The notes under the pieces were generated by a model. The model was not told the DNA's origin, ran no database searches, and saw only the letters and a list, made by a program, of their open reading frames with translations. A stretch of 64,000 nt of DNA, taken from NCBI GenBank assembly GCA_963765675.1, contig CAVXXK010000001.1:2048001-2112000 (forward strand). Reading direction: 5' to 3'. Of this stretch, positions 9,832-20,076 are shown in pieces (position 1 is the stretch's first letter; each line of letters begins with the position of its first letter). The stretch is from an uncultured delta proteobacterium. GTDB lineage: Bacteria; Desulfobacterota; Binatia; Binatales; Binataceae. The position numbers were made by a program, and so were the translations under genes.

Positions 9832-10517
9832 CGCATCCGTTCGCCGAAAATTGCGCGGCCAATCCGCACCATCGTGGCGCCCTCCTCGATCGCGATCTCG
9901 AAGTCGTCCGTCATCCCCATCGAAAGCTCGCTTAGCGCAAGGCCGCTATGCGCCGCAAGGCGATCGCGCATCGTGCGCAACTGCGCGAAATACCCGCGCG
10001 CGGTGGCAGGCTCCGCGCCGGGCGGCGGAACAGTCATCAGTCCGATGATGTCCACTCGATCGCGCGCCGCTTCGACGATCCCCTCAACGCTGTCCGGCGC
10101 GACGCCGGTCTTGGTCGCTTCGCCTCCAAGGTTTACTTCGATCAGCGCGTGCACTGGCGGCGCCGGATGAGCTTTCGCAAGTGCCGAAACGAGGCGGACG
10201 GAATCGACACTTTGAATCAGATCGAAAATCGAGACGGCGAGCTTCGCCTTGTTGGTCTGCAGATGTCCGATGAGATGCCATCGTGCACCGGCGAGCGTAC
10301 CAACCGCCGCGAGCTTGGTAGCGGCCTCCTGCACGTAGTTCTCGCCGAAGTCGCGCGCGCCCGCGTCGTAGGCCGCGCGAATCGCCTCGGGTGGCTGAGT
10401 CTTGCTCGCGAGCACGAGAGTGACCGCATCAGCCGCGCGGCCCGAACGTCGCGCCGCATCGGCGATTCGCCTGCGCGCGGCAGCCAGCCGTTCCCCGATC
10501 TCATTCGGAGTCAGCAT
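9828..10517 (-). CDS. yggS: PLP homeostasis protein YggS
   Basis: ASKTQ, FGENYVQE, HLIGHLQTNKAK, LSMGMTDD, VRIGRAIFG. Confidence 0.96.
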   Translation of the reverse strand: MLTPNEIGERLAAARRRIADAARRSGRAADAVTLVLASKTQPPEAIRAAYDAGARDFGENYVQEAATKLAAVGTLAGARWHLIGHLQTNKAKLAVSIFDLIQSVDSVRLVSALAKAHPAPPVHALIEVNLGGEATKTGVAPDSVEGIVEAARDRVDIIGLMTVPPPGAEPATARGYFAQLRTMRDRLAAHSGLALSELSMGMTDDFEIAIEEGATMVRIGRAIFGERMR

Positions 10518-11101
10518 CGCTTGAACCCAACGCGGCGCAAAGCCGACAGCACCTTGTCGACCGGCAGGCCCATCACGTTGTCGCGTGGGCCATCGACTGC
10601 TGCGATGAATCCTCCGCCGATTCCCTGGATTCCGTATCCGCCCGCCTTGTCGAACGGCTCGCCGCCCGCGATGTATTCATCGATCTCGACGGCGCCGAGC
10701 GTGCGGAAGGTCACGCGGCTTTCGACCGCCTCGGCCGCGAGTATCCGCGTGTCGCGCGCGATCGCGAACGCGGTCACGACAGTATGAGTGCGCCCCGACA
10801 GCATCGCGAGCATCCGGTGCGCGTCGTTTGCGTCCACCGGCTTTTCGAGCACACTCCCGTTGCATTCGACGACGGTATCCGCCCCCAGCACGATAGCCGC
10901 CGGGAACCTCGAGGCGACCGCGAGCGCCTTCTCGCGCGCCATTCGAGGAGCGTAGTCGCGAGCAGTTTCGCTATCGCGGCGGCGCTCGGGAATCGCGCTC
11001 TCGATCGCCTCGAACTCGATCTCCGCGGCGGACAGAAGTTGGCTGCGTCGGGGCGAGCCCGAGGCGAGTATCAGCTTCGGCGATTGTGATGACGAAGTCA
11101 T
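10511..11101 (-). CDS. maf: Maf nucleotide pyrophosphatase
   Basis: LILASGSPRR, GADTVV, DKAGGYGIQ, NVMGLP; start placed at MTSSSQ. Confidence 0.93.
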   Translation of the reverse strand: MTSSSQSPKLILASGSPRRSQLLSAAEIEFEAIESAIPERRRDSETARDYAPRMAREKALAVASRFPAAIVLGADTVVECNGSVLEKPVDANDAHRMLAMLSGRTHTVVTAFAIARDTRILAAEAVESRVTFRTLGAVEIDEYIAGGEPFDKAGGYGIQGIGGGFIAAVDGPRDNVMGLPVDKVLSALRRVGFKRC

Positions 11102-11206
11102 TTGCGGCTGCGAGCCAAGAATACCGGTAGCAGCGCGTCGCGGGCCAGTGGCGCGAATCGCGATGGTCGATTGAAGCGGCGCTCGGCGTGCGCTAACCAC
11201 GATCAG

Positions 11207-13387
11207 ATGGAAAGTATTTTGCGACGCCGTGTGCGATTGACGATTCTCGGAGCGATCGTGCTTTACGGATGCGCCAGCGCGGTGGCGCATTCGCGTTCCG
11301 CGAGCGCCGAGCCCTCGACGATGGCTCCTGGAGCCGCTATGCAAGCGACGCCTCCGGCTTTGCCGCCGGACACCGCGCCGGCGAACGCGCGACAAGCATT
11401 CGTCGACGGCTACCGCGCCTACCAGTCGCACGACGCGGCCGGCGCGATCGGTAAGCTGACTTTCGCGGCGAATAATTTTCCGGACCTCGCCGATTACGCT
11501 CTTTTCTACCTGGGTTCAGCCCAGCGCGATCAGGGCGATCTCGCCGGCGCTGCGACGACCTTTGAGCGGCTGCGAAATGCCTATCCGGAAAGTGTGATGA
11601 CTCCGCCCGGAGACCTCGAACTCGCGCGTGCGCTTCTGAAGCTCGGGCGCGCGTCTGAATCGGCATCGGTCGCGGCGCATCTGGCGACTCAGTCATCGGG
11701 CACCGCGCTTGAGCAGAACGCTCGCGTGACCGAAGCGATGGCGATGGCCGCGATGGGGCGCCAGAGCGACGCGTACGCGCAGGCGATGGAGTTGCGAAAC
11801 CTTTATCCGCACAGCGGCGCCGATACCGACGCGCGCACGCTCGCGTACATGATGCTCGCGGCGAACCCCGCGCTCGCGCCGACCGGGTCGCTCGACTACC
11901 AGAGAAGCGAGGCCGAGCTGCTGCTCCGCGAGGGGCAACCCGCTCTGGCGATGGCGCAAATCGAGCGCGCCCTTGCCGCCAATCCGCCCACTCCGATTCG
12001 TGCGGAGCTGTTGTGGCTCGAAGCGCAAGCCTCGCACGGTGATCCGGCCCGCGAGAAGAGCGCGCTGCTCAAATATCTCGCTCTGGCGCCGGCCGGACCT
12101 TCGGCGGCGTCGGTGCTGAACGCCCTCGCGCTGCTCTACTGGCGCGAGGATGATTCCGATCGCGCCCGCGATGCGTTCCAGCGAATCGTCGCGGACTTCC
12201 CGGGTAGCGCGCTTGCGCCGGGCGCGATGCTGCGGCTCGGGCGAATCGCCGAGGAGCTTCACGACTACGACACGGCGCGCGCCGAGTACGCGCGGCTGTA
12301 CGAGAAATATCCGTCGAGCGATTCCGCTGAGGAGGCGCGTTTTCGCGCGCCGTGGACCTACTACATGACCCGCCGCTATGCATCTGCCGCGCGGATGTTC
12401 GCCGCGATGCGTCCGCACGCGCACAGCGTCGCGGACCGCGACATGTTCGATTACTGGCACGCGCGGGCGCTCGAGAAGAGCGGCGACCCCTCCGCTGCGC
12501 GCGCGATCTACCAGCGGCTGGCAGGCAGCACCGACAGCAATTACTATCCCGCGCTCGCGAGCCGCCGCGTCGCGGGATTCACAGCCGAGTTGCCCGCGGC
12601 CTCGGCGCCTGATCCGTCGTTCGAGGGAGTGCCGTCGAGCAACTCGGCCCTGGTCCGCTTTCATCTGAGCCGTATCTATGCGCTGCGTTCCGTTGGGTTG
12701 AAGGAACTCGAGGCGGGAGAGTTCCGAGCGCTTGAAGGCGAGTCGGCGGGAGATCCGAATCTCCGCGCGTTCGTGCTCGCCGGATTGATCTCCGCCGACG
12801 CGTGGTATGACGCGATCGGTGCCGCCGTCCGGATGGAGAAGCGCGGCGACCTTGGCGCCGCCGAGGCCGAACGAATTCGCTATCCGCGCGCGTACTGGAA
12901 CCTGTTCCGCTCGGCCGCGCATCAACGTTCGCTCGATCCGTGGCTGGTGTTGGCTCTGGCGCGTCAGGAAAGCCTGTTCAATCCGCACGCGAAGTCGGGT
13001 TCCGACGCGCAAGGCCTGATGCAACTGCTGCCCTCGACCGCGCGGCGCGTGGCTCAGCAGAGCGGGATGCAAACCGGCGGCGGACTCAACCTCTACGATC
13101 CCGAGCTCAACATCTCGCTTGGGACTTCGTACCTCGAAAATCTCTTCGCGATGTTCGGGGGCGACGAGTTCAAGGCCGTGGCCGCTTACAATGGCGGCGA
13201 GCACGCGGTGCAGAACTGGACCAGCAAATTTCCCGGCCCCGACGACGAATGGGTCGAAAATATCGGCTACCGCGAGACGCGCGAGTACGTGAAAAGAGTT
13301 ATCGGCGGCCGACGCGAATATCTGCTGCTGTATCAGCGCCAGGCTCCGACCGCGTCCACCCGCGCCAGCGAGCGCTCAGCGGGATAG
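11207..13387 (+). CDS. slt: Soluble lytic murein transglycosylase (Slt70-like, TPR repeats)
   Basis: Signal peptide, helical repeats, ARQESLF, GLMQL, AAYNGG, ETREYVKRV. Confidence 0.9.
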   Translation: MESILRRRVRLTILGAIVLYGCASAVAHSRSASAEPSTMAPGAAMQATPPALPPDTAPANARQAFVDGYRAYQSHDAAGAIGKLTFAANNFPDLADYALFYLGSAQRDQGDLAGAATTFERLRNAYPESVMTPPGDLELARALLKLGRASESASVAAHLATQSSGTALEQNARVTEAMAMAAMGRQSDAYAQAMELRNLYPHSGADTDARTLAYMMLAANPALAPTGSLDYQRSEAELLLREGQPALAMAQIERALAANPPTPIRAELLWLEAQASHGDPAREKSALLKYLALAPAGPSAASVLNALALLYWREDDSDRARDAFQRIVADFPGSALAPGAMLRLGRIAEELHDYDTARAEYARLYEKYPSSDSAEEARFRAPWTYYMTRRYASAARMFAAMRPHAHSVADRDMFDYWHARALEKSGDPSAARAIYQRLAGSTDSNYYPALASRRVAGFTAELPAASAPDPSFEGVPSSNSALVRFHLSRIYALRSVGLKELEAGEFRALEGESAGDPNLRAFVLAGLISADAWYDAIGAAVRMEKRGDLGAAEAERIRYPRAYWNLFRSAAHQRSLDPWLVLALARQESLFNPHAKSGSDAQGLMQLLPSTARRVAQQSGMQTGGGLNLYDPELNISLGTSYLENLFAMFGGDEFKAVAAYNGGEHAVQNWTSKFPGPDDEWVENIGYRETREYVKRVIGGRREYLLLYQRQAPTASTRASERSAG

Positions 13388-13499
13388 CCACGCTTGACAA
13401 GCGCCGAAGCAAAGGGCTTCTAAAGGCAGAAGTATCGCGAGGCCGCGGCGATCAATTGGGTTCGTTTGGGGTTCGTTTGGCCGCGCGAAGGTAATCCGG

Positions 13500-14192
13500 T
13501 TGTCAGTACGGAAATTCAAGGCGATATTTTTCGATTTGGACGGTACGCTGGTCGATATCCATGGCCCGCTGTATATCGCCGCGCGCAACACTCTGCGCGA
13601 TTTCGGGCATCAGCCGGAGCTTACCCGCGAGCGTTATCACGAGGCGCTGCGCAACTCCGATCTCTGGCTCGGCGTTCCCGAAAATAAACGGCCCGAGTAC
13701 ATGAAGCTCGCGTTCGCCTACTTTATGACCGAGATCGATCAGACCGAAAGGCTCGAGCTCCTACCGCACGTGGTGGAGACTCTCGCCGAGCTGAAGCGCC
13801 GCGGCTACGCGACCGCCGTGATCACCAGCCGCCCGGGCGATCCGAAGCAGCTCGTCGCCAAGCTTGCGATGGTCGGGATCGCGGCGCATCTCGACCAGGT
13901 GGTGACGCAGCCGGTCTCCTCGATGAAAGAGCTGCTCGACAAGACCGAGCTCCTTCGCCAGACCGCCGCGCGCGCCGCGATCATTCCGCGAGCCTGCATG
14001 TACGTCGGCGACGAGCCGCGCGACATCATGGCGTCCGCACAGGCGGGATTCGGCGCGTCCGTCGCCGTCGCGACCGGCACCGCGTCGGCCGATTATCTGC
14101 AGACGCATCCGAGCTTTAAGCCCGACCATGTGATCGACTCGATGGGTGAGCTCCTCGGGCTTATCGATCGTATCGCGCAGGAGCATCCCTGA
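13500..14192 (+). CDS. HAD family hydrolase
   Basis: FDLDGTL motif I, YVGDEPRD motif IV. Confidence 0.88.
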   Translation: MSVRKFKAIFFDLDGTLVDIHGPLYIAARNTLRDFGHQPELTRERYHEALRNSDLWLGVPENKRPEYMKLAFAYFMTEIDQTERLELLPHVVETLAELKRRGYATAVITSRPGDPKQLVAKLAMVGIAAHLDQVVTQPVSSMKELLDKTELLRQTAARAAIIPRACMYVGDEPRDIMASAQAGFGASVAVATGTASADYLQTHPSFKPDHVIDSMGELLGLIDRIAQEHP

Positions 14193-15460
14193 TGGCGCGG
14201 TCCGCGGAGCATACCGAACCGCCCGAGGCGCTCGACGGACTGTGCGTCGTCGAGTTGCCGTGCTTGGACACGATGCCGTTTCTCGCGGCGGCGATGGCGG
14301 CAAAATCGTTTGCCGACTTTGGCGCCGAAGTTCTAAAGGTCGAGCCGCCGCGCTCCGGCGCGCGCGAGCGCCGGCTCGGTCCGTTTCGCGACGAGAAGCC
14401 GGATCCCGAAACGGGCGGGCTGCATCTGTTTCTCAACACCAACAAATTCGGCGTGACGCTCGATCTGGAAGACACGCGCGCGCGTGAGGTTCTGATGCGG
14501 ATGCTCGAACGCGCCGATATCGTTTTCAATCCGAACGCGCCCGCGATTTGCGAGCGGCTGGGCCTGGATTGGCGCACGCTCACCGATCGATTTCCAAAAC
14601 TGATCGTCGTGTCAGTCACTTACTTCGGCAGCGATTCTCCCTATCGCGATTTTCGCGGCGGCGACCTGGTCGCCACCCACATGAGCGGCGTTGGCTTCGA
14701 GACGCCGTGGCATCAGGTGACCGATCCACCGAACGAGCCTCCGCTGAAGCTCGCGGGGCGGCAGGCGGATTATCTGACCGGATATACCGCGGCGGCAGCC
14801 GCGATGGCGGCGATATTCGATCGCAAGCAAACCGGACGCGGCCAGCATATCGACGCGAGCCAGTGGCTTGCGATGGTCTCGATGCTGCGGCCCAACATCG
14901 GCGTCTATTCGCACGAGTCGCCCGAAGCGCCGATCTACGAGCGCACCCGCAAACGGATCAAGCGCGGTGCGCAGTGGGTTTATCCATCGACTGACGGATG
15001 GGTCAGCTTCAATGCCGGTACTGACCGGTTCTGGCGCGGATGGAAAAAGGTGATGGGCGATCCCGAATGGATGGAGACCGAGATGTTCGGATCTCCGGTC
15101 GCGCGCGCCGCGCATATCGACGCGATCGAGGCCGCGGTGATCGACTGGCTCTCGAACGAGACCCGCACCACCGCGTTCGAGAAGGCGCAGGCCGAGCACG
15201 TCCCATGTTTCCCGGTGCATACCGCCGCCGAGGTCGCCGACAATGCGCAATACAAGGCGCGCGGCTTCTTCGTCAATTATGATCATCCCGGCGCGAAGGA
15301 AGTGCGGATGCCGGGAGCGCCGTGCCGCTTGAGCGCGACGCCGTGGCGAATCAAGCGCGGCGCGCCGCGCCTGGGCGAGCACAATCGCAAAATTTTTGTC
15401 GAACGGCTGGGGCTTTCATCGAGTGAACTCGAAAGCCTGCGGGCCGCGAAGGTGATCTGA
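14192..15460 (+). CDS. Family III CoA-transferase (first of a coupled pair)
   Basis: FADFGAEVLKVEPP, LNTNK, GQHIDAS, APRLGEHN. Confidence 0.9.
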   Translation: MARSAEHTEPPEALDGLCVVELPCLDTMPFLAAAMAAKSFADFGAEVLKVEPPRSGARERRLGPFRDEKPDPETGGLHLFLNTNKFGVTLDLEDTRAREVLMRMLERADIVFNPNAPAICERLGLDWRTLTDRFPKLIVVSVTYFGSDSPYRDFRGGDLVATHMSGVGFETPWHQVTDPPNEPPLKLAGRQADYLTGYTAAAAAMAAIFDRKQTGRGQHIDASQWLAMVSMLRPNIGVYSHESPEAPIYERTRKRIKRGAQWVYPSTDGWVSFNAGTDRFWRGWKKVMGDPEWMETEMFGSPVARAAHIDAIEAAVIDWLSNETRTTAFEKAQAEHVPCFPVHTAAEVADNAQYKARGFFVNYDHPGAKEVRMPGAPCRLSATPWRIKRGAPRLGEHNRKIFVERLGLSSSELESLRAAKVI

Positions 15461-16668
15461 TGGCGCGGCTGCCGCTCGAGGGAATCAGGATTCTCGATTT
15501 CGGCTGGATCTTCGCCGTCCCGCACGCGACCGCATGGCTGGGCGCGCTCGGCGCCGACGTGATCCGGGTCGAATCGACCTCGGCGCCGGATCTGGTGCGA
15601 TTCCTTACGGGCACCGACGGGATACCGGGCTTCAATCGCAGCGGTATCTACGACGCGATAAATTTTTCGCGGCGCGGAATCACGCTCCATCTGGCGCATC
15701 CGAAGGCCCAGGAGATCGCGCGCCGCCTGGTCAAGCTCAGCGACGTCGTGACGGAAAATTTCACTGTCGGTAACATGCACAAGTACGGTCTCGGCTACGA
15801 AGACCTGCGCAAGATTCGTCCCGATATCATCATGCTGTCCGGAACTCCGCTCGGACAGAGCGGCCCCTATGCGCGCACTGTAGGATTCGGGCCGACCACG
15901 CAGGCATACGCGGGCCTGTGCCATTTGACCGGATACCCGAACAGCTTTCCGTGCGGGATCGGCGGGACCTGGCCGGATTTCGCGGTCGGCACCGGGATGG
16001 CCTTCTTCCTGCTCGCGGCGCTGTACCATCGCGAGCGCACCGGCGAGGGGCAATACCTCGATTTGTCGATGGCCGAGATGGTCACCACCATGATCCCCGA
16101 GGCGATGCTCGAGCATTTTATGAACGGGCGCGACCCGGGGCCGGTCGGAAATCGCGACGACGCGATGGCGCCGCATGGAGTCTATCCGGTGGCGGGCGAC
16201 GACCAGTGGGTTGCGATCGCGATTTCCACCGACGCGGAATTTGCCGCGCTGTGCGAGATCCTGGGCGTCGCGTCGATGGCGTCGGACCAGAAGTTCGCGC
16301 GGATGGCGGACCGGCTGCGCAACGTTGACGCGCTCGACGCCGAGGTCGCCGCACGCACGCGGAATTTCATCCGTGAAGACCTGGTCGCGCGGATGCGCGA
16401 GCGCGATCTCGCTGCCGGACCGGTGTACAATACCCAGGACCTGATGCACGACAACGCGTTTCTTTCCTCGGGGATGCTCGCGACGCTCAAGCACGGTGAA
16501 GTCGGCGAGCGGATGGTGCCGACGCTGCCGGTGCGTTTCGGCGCGATCGAGCCGCGCTTCTTTGGTGCGCCGATGATCGGCGAGCATACCGGCGAAGTGC
16601 TCTCCGAGCTGCTTGGGATGAGTGCGGACGAGATCGCCAGGCTCAGGGAAGACAAAGTTCTGTTGTAG
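15460..16668 (+). CDS. Family III CoA-transferase (second of a coupled pair)
   Basis: LGADVIRVES, ENF, WPDF, GQYLDLS, APMIGEHT. Confidence 0.9.
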   Translation: MARLPLEGIRILDFGWIFAVPHATAWLGALGADVIRVESTSAPDLVRFLTGTDGIPGFNRSGIYDAINFSRRGITLHLAHPKAQEIARRLVKLSDVVTENFTVGNMHKYGLGYEDLRKIRPDIIMLSGTPLGQSGPYARTVGFGPTTQAYAGLCHLTGYPNSFPCGIGGTWPDFAVGTGMAFFLLAALYHRERTGEGQYLDLSMAEMVTTMIPEAMLEHFMNGRDPGPVGNRDDAMAPHGVYPVAGDDQWVAIAISTDAEFAALCEILGVASMASDQKFARMADRLRNVDALDAEVAARTRNFIREDLVARMRERDLAAGPVYNTQDLMHDNAFLSSGMLATLKHGEVGERMVPTLPVRFGAIEPRFFGAPMIGEHTGEVLSELLGMSADEIARLREDKVLL

Positions 16669-16688
16669 GATCGCGGAGCAGCTTAGAG

Positions 16689-17627
16689 ATGACAGACGTA
16701 TCGGCAATTCCCCACGGCGGCGGCGCGCGTCCCGGCACGTTCGGAGTCTGGATTCAGGCAATTCGCGCTCCCTCACTCAGCGCCGCGGCGATTCCGGTCC
16801 TGCTCGGCGTTGCGATCGCGGCGCGCGACGGCTTCTTTTCGCCTGGACGGATGCTCCTCGCGCTCGCGGGGGCGATGGCGATTCAGGCGGGCACAAATCT
16901 CATCAATGACTATTACGATTTCCAGAGCGGTGCCGATTCGAGTGAGTCGCTCGGCCCGAGCATGGTTATCCAGCGTGGATTGCTAGCGCCCGACGAGGTC
17001 TGGCGCGGCGGAATCACGGCGTTCGCGATTGGCGCGGCGGCGGGACTCGTCCTGGTCTATCTGTGCGGATGGCCGATTCTCGCGATCGGAATTCCGTCGG
17101 TCGCGGCCGGTTACTTCTACACCGCGCGTCCGGTTTCGCTTGCATATATCGCGCTCGGCGAGCTGACCGTATTTCTCTTCATGGGACCCGCGATCGTGGT
17201 GGGTTCGTTTTACGTAATGGCGCTGCATTTCACGTGGGGCGCGCTCGTCGCATCGATTCCGCTTGGCTTTCTGGTCGCGGGAATTTTGCACGCGAACAAT
17301 ATTCGCGATATCGATAGCGACCGCGTTCACGGCAAACGCACCCTCGCCACGATGCTCGGGCGCGCGGGCGCCAACTACGAGCTCGTCGCGCTCGACGTGC
17401 TGGCGTACGCGACAACGCTGCTCGCGATCATCGGCGGCGCAATCCCGTGGATCGGACTGATCGCGTTGCTGACCGTTCCGCGCGCGATTAGTCAAATCAA
17501 AATCGTGATGCGCGAAACGGCGGCGAAAAAACTCAACCTTGCGCTGATGCGATCGGTCCAGCTCCACATGGAGTATGGACTGCTGATGATCGTCGCGTTC
17601 CTGGCCGCGGCGTTTTTTCATCGCTGA
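16689..17627 (+). CDS. menA: 1,4-dihydroxy-2-naphthoate prenyltransferase (UbiA family)
   Basis: NLINDYYDFQSGAD, ANNIRDIDSD..GKRTL, multiple TM helices. Confidence 0.9.
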   Translation: MTDVSAIPHGGGARPGTFGVWIQAIRAPSLSAAAIPVLLGVAIAARDGFFSPGRMLLALAGAMAIQAGTNLINDYYDFQSGADSSESLGPSMVIQRGLLAPDEVWRGGITAFAIGAAAGLVLVYLCGWPILAIGIPSVAAGYFYTARPVSLAYIALGELTVFLFMGPAIVVGSFYVMALHFTWGALVASIPLGFLVAGILHANNIRDIDSDRVHGKRTLATMLGRAGANYELVALDVLAYATTLLAIIGGAIPWIGLIALLTVPRAISQIKIVMRETAAKKLNLALMRSVQLHMEYGLLMIVAFLAAAFFHR

Positions 17628-18370
17628 TGGGTTCGATCGGCGAGGGAGGTTCGGGACTGGGGCCGCAGGGAAGCGCCGCGCCCGACGATCTCCGCATCGA
17701 GCTTTTAAAAATCGAGCACAACCTCAACGAGGGCCATTATCGCCCCGGCCCGTGGGAGCGCTACATCCGCGAGCTCAAGCGGCGTCCGGCCGCGGCTCGC
17801 ATCGCGCTCTGCGCTGACGTAAACCGCGTCAGCCGCAAGCTTCATCTGCGCACGCCGCGCAAAACGATTTCCGTGCGCGCCGGCGTTACGATTGAGCTGG
17901 TCGCGCTGGTGCTGGGCGGCGTGCTGCTCTGGATGAGCGTGCGGGAGCTATCGATTGTGCTCGCGCTGATCGGCGCGCTTTTGTGGGTCGCGGCGCTTCA
18001 GCCGCTGGTGAAGATCTCGGCCGCGGCGGTGTTCGGCGTCGGCTACGAGTACGCATACCTGCTCCGCGGCGAGCCGCGCTTCAAAATGCAGTTCGGCGCA
18101 TACGTCGCGAGCCCGCGATGGGCCCGCGTCGTACTGCATCTGTTTGGCACGATTGGGTCTCCGCTCGGAGCATGGGCCGCCTCGCGGATAATCCGCGGCG
18201 TTTTGCCCGGCACCGCGGAAGTCGCGATGGCGGTGTTCTGGATCGTAGTGGCAATCAACCTGCTCGAGTTGATCGCCGGGGTCGCCGGCATAAAACGAAT
18301 CGGGTCGATCCGCACGATCGAGAGCAGCGGCGGCGCCGCGGGCCTGGAGCTCCACGAAGCGCTCGCGTAG
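17627..18370 (+). CDS. Hypothetical membrane protein
   Basis: Translationally coupled to menA (TGATG); several hydrophobic helices. Confidence 0.7.
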   Translation: MGSIGEGGSGLGPQGSAAPDDLRIELLKIEHNLNEGHYRPGPWERYIRELKRRPAAARIALCADVNRVSRKLHLRTPRKTISVRAGVTIELVALVLGGVLLWMSVRELSIVLALIGALLWVAALQPLVKISAAAVFGVGYEYAYLLRGEPRFKMQFGAYVASPRWARVVLHLFGTIGSPLGAWAASRIIRGVLPGTAEVAMAVFWIVVAINLLELIAGVAGIKRIGSIRTIESSGGAAGLELHEALA

Positions 18371-18398
18371 TCTCTGGCACGCTGGATGGTGTCCGAGT

Positions 18399-19943
18399 TT
18401 GGAAGCGAATTCGGTGGGGAGCGGAAATCTTCGGTCTGAAGCGTTGGGACGGACAAACACAAAAAGCTATTTGATTCTCGCAGCGATTACTCTATCCGGC
18501 TTGATGCTGCGCATCTTCAGGCTTGGCCACGAATGCTTTTGGACGGACGAAGGCTTCACGGCGGCCGTGGTCCGGCAGCCGTGGAATCAGCTTGTTCTTA
18601 CTATAAGGTATGAACCATTCAATACCTTCTATTACCTGGTGCAGTGGTTCTGGTCGTATTTTGGGACGAATGAGGTTGCGCTACGATCGCTCTCCGTATG
18701 CGCCGGGGTTTTCGCGATCCCGGCGATCTATGTATTCGGCAAACGGCTTTTCGATCGACATACTGGTCTGATTGCAGCTCTGGTTCTCGCATTTAGCCCA
18801 TACCAAATATGGCACTCACAGGACGCGCGCTCGTATGCTCTGCTAGTTTTTGTCATGACCGGAGTATGGATATCATTTCTGGCCATAACTCGAGTGGACT
18901 CATTCAAAAATTTCGCATCATTCGCAGCACTATCAACACTGTCAGTGTATACCCATGTTTTCGCGATCTTGGTAATCCCGGGCCAGTGGATATACTTGCT
19001 CTTGACTCGCTGTCCGCCGCGGATGCTGCGGCGGTTCGTGGCCGCTGCCGCGATTACAGGTCTATTGGTGTTATTCATTCCGGCCTTTGTTTTGACTGCG
19101 TATGGCGGTCAGCAAGATTGGATTGACGCGCGCTGGCCGCGCCACGTCGTCAGCGCTGCTCGCGGTCTGCTGGGAGGGACTCACGCAGCTTCCGGAAACG
19201 TACTCGCGTGCGCATACGGGTTAGTCGCAATCGTCGCAATTTACTCGATGTATGAGCGCAGGAACGACTGGAGCGCGTGGTCTGGCTATTTGATGGTGAC
19301 GACCGGAATCGCGGTTCCGTTTATTTTGGTCATAGCCATTTGTCTTATCAAGCCAATCCTAGTGGATCGATATATGCTGATCTGCGAACCGCCGACGCTG
19401 ATTCTTCTAGCGCTCGGATTCAATCGAATGCGCGCGTGGAAAGCATTCCCGGTTCTGGTCGGGGCAGTCGTGCTCCTGACGGCATGGGATCTGGGTGGAT
19501 ATTACACATCTGGCCAGCGAGAGGACTGGCGGGGTGTCGCCAAGTACGTCATGGCGCGAGCAAAACCAAACGACGCCATTTTGTTCTCGGTCGGAATGGA
19601 TCGCTATGTCTTTCAATACTACTTCGTACAGCAACCTGATCTCGTCAGACCAGTTATTCCCGATACCAATCGAGATGTTGTCGGCGGCGACCGGTTCGTG
19701 ACAAACCGGTTCGATCAGAACCCAGAGCCGCCGCCCGGTCTGGCAGACGGTAATCGACGGGTATGGCTGATTGAGCGCCCGGCGGATTGGCCGCCACTAC
19801 CGGGCCATTGGCGCCCAGCGAGCGAAAAGTACCTTCAGAGAGTGTATGGCAAGCCGACCTACACTGGGTTCCCCAATATCTCAGTGCTTTTGTTTGAGAA
19901 TCGGGTGCATACTCCCGCGGTAAGCAAGCAGCCGTCTTCCTGA
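18399..19943 (+). CDS. GT-C glycosyltransferase (PMT/GT39/ArnT-like)
   Basis: FWTDE, LRSLS, SQDARSY, REDWR motifs; multi-TM; visibly more AT-rich than neighbours. Confidence 0.85.
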   Translation: MEANSVGSGNLRSEALGRTNTKSYLILAAITLSGLMLRIFRLGHECFWTDEGFTAAVVRQPWNQLVLTIRYEPFNTFYYLVQWFWSYFGTNEVALRSLSVCAGVFAIPAIYVFGKRLFDRHTGLIAALVLAFSPYQIWHSQDARSYALLVFVMTGVWISFLAITRVDSFKNFASFAALSTLSVYTHVFAILVIPGQWIYLLLTRCPPRMLRRFVAAAAITGLLVLFIPAFVLTAYGGQQDWIDARWPRHVVSAARGLLGGTHAASGNVLACAYGLVAIVAIYSMYERRNDWSAWSGYLMVTTGIAVPFILVIAICLIKPILVDRYMLICEPPTLILLALGFNRMRAWKAFPVLVGAVVLLTAWDLGGYYTSGQREDWRGVAKYVMARAKPNDAILFSVGMDRYVFQYYFVQQPDLVRPVIPDTNRDVVGGDRFVTNRFDQNPEPPPGLADGNRRVWLIERPADWPPLPGHWRPASEKYLQRVYGKPTYTGFPNISVLLFENRVHTPAVSKQPSS

Positions 19944-20012
19944 TCTTGCGGTTGCGCTTGCAGTGACGGCATTGGAACCGCCGGGCTTGAGATTGACGAA
20001 GCACTACCTTAG

Positions 20013-20074
20013 CCCTCGCCCTTTCAGGGCGAGGTGAAAGAGATCGACGCGCCGTGGCTCAGGAGGGCTGAGGT
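20013..20074. repeat. Degenerate REP-like element between convergent genes
   Basis: CCCTCGCCC-TTTCA-GGGCGAGG hairpin, later GGGCTGAGG; resembles 2131-2209. Confidence 0.5.
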
Positions 20075-20076
20075 GA

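Noticed and set aside
13394-13425. TTGACA upstream of the HAD operon
   Set aside because: No convincing -10 at 16-18 nt; not listed as a promoter.
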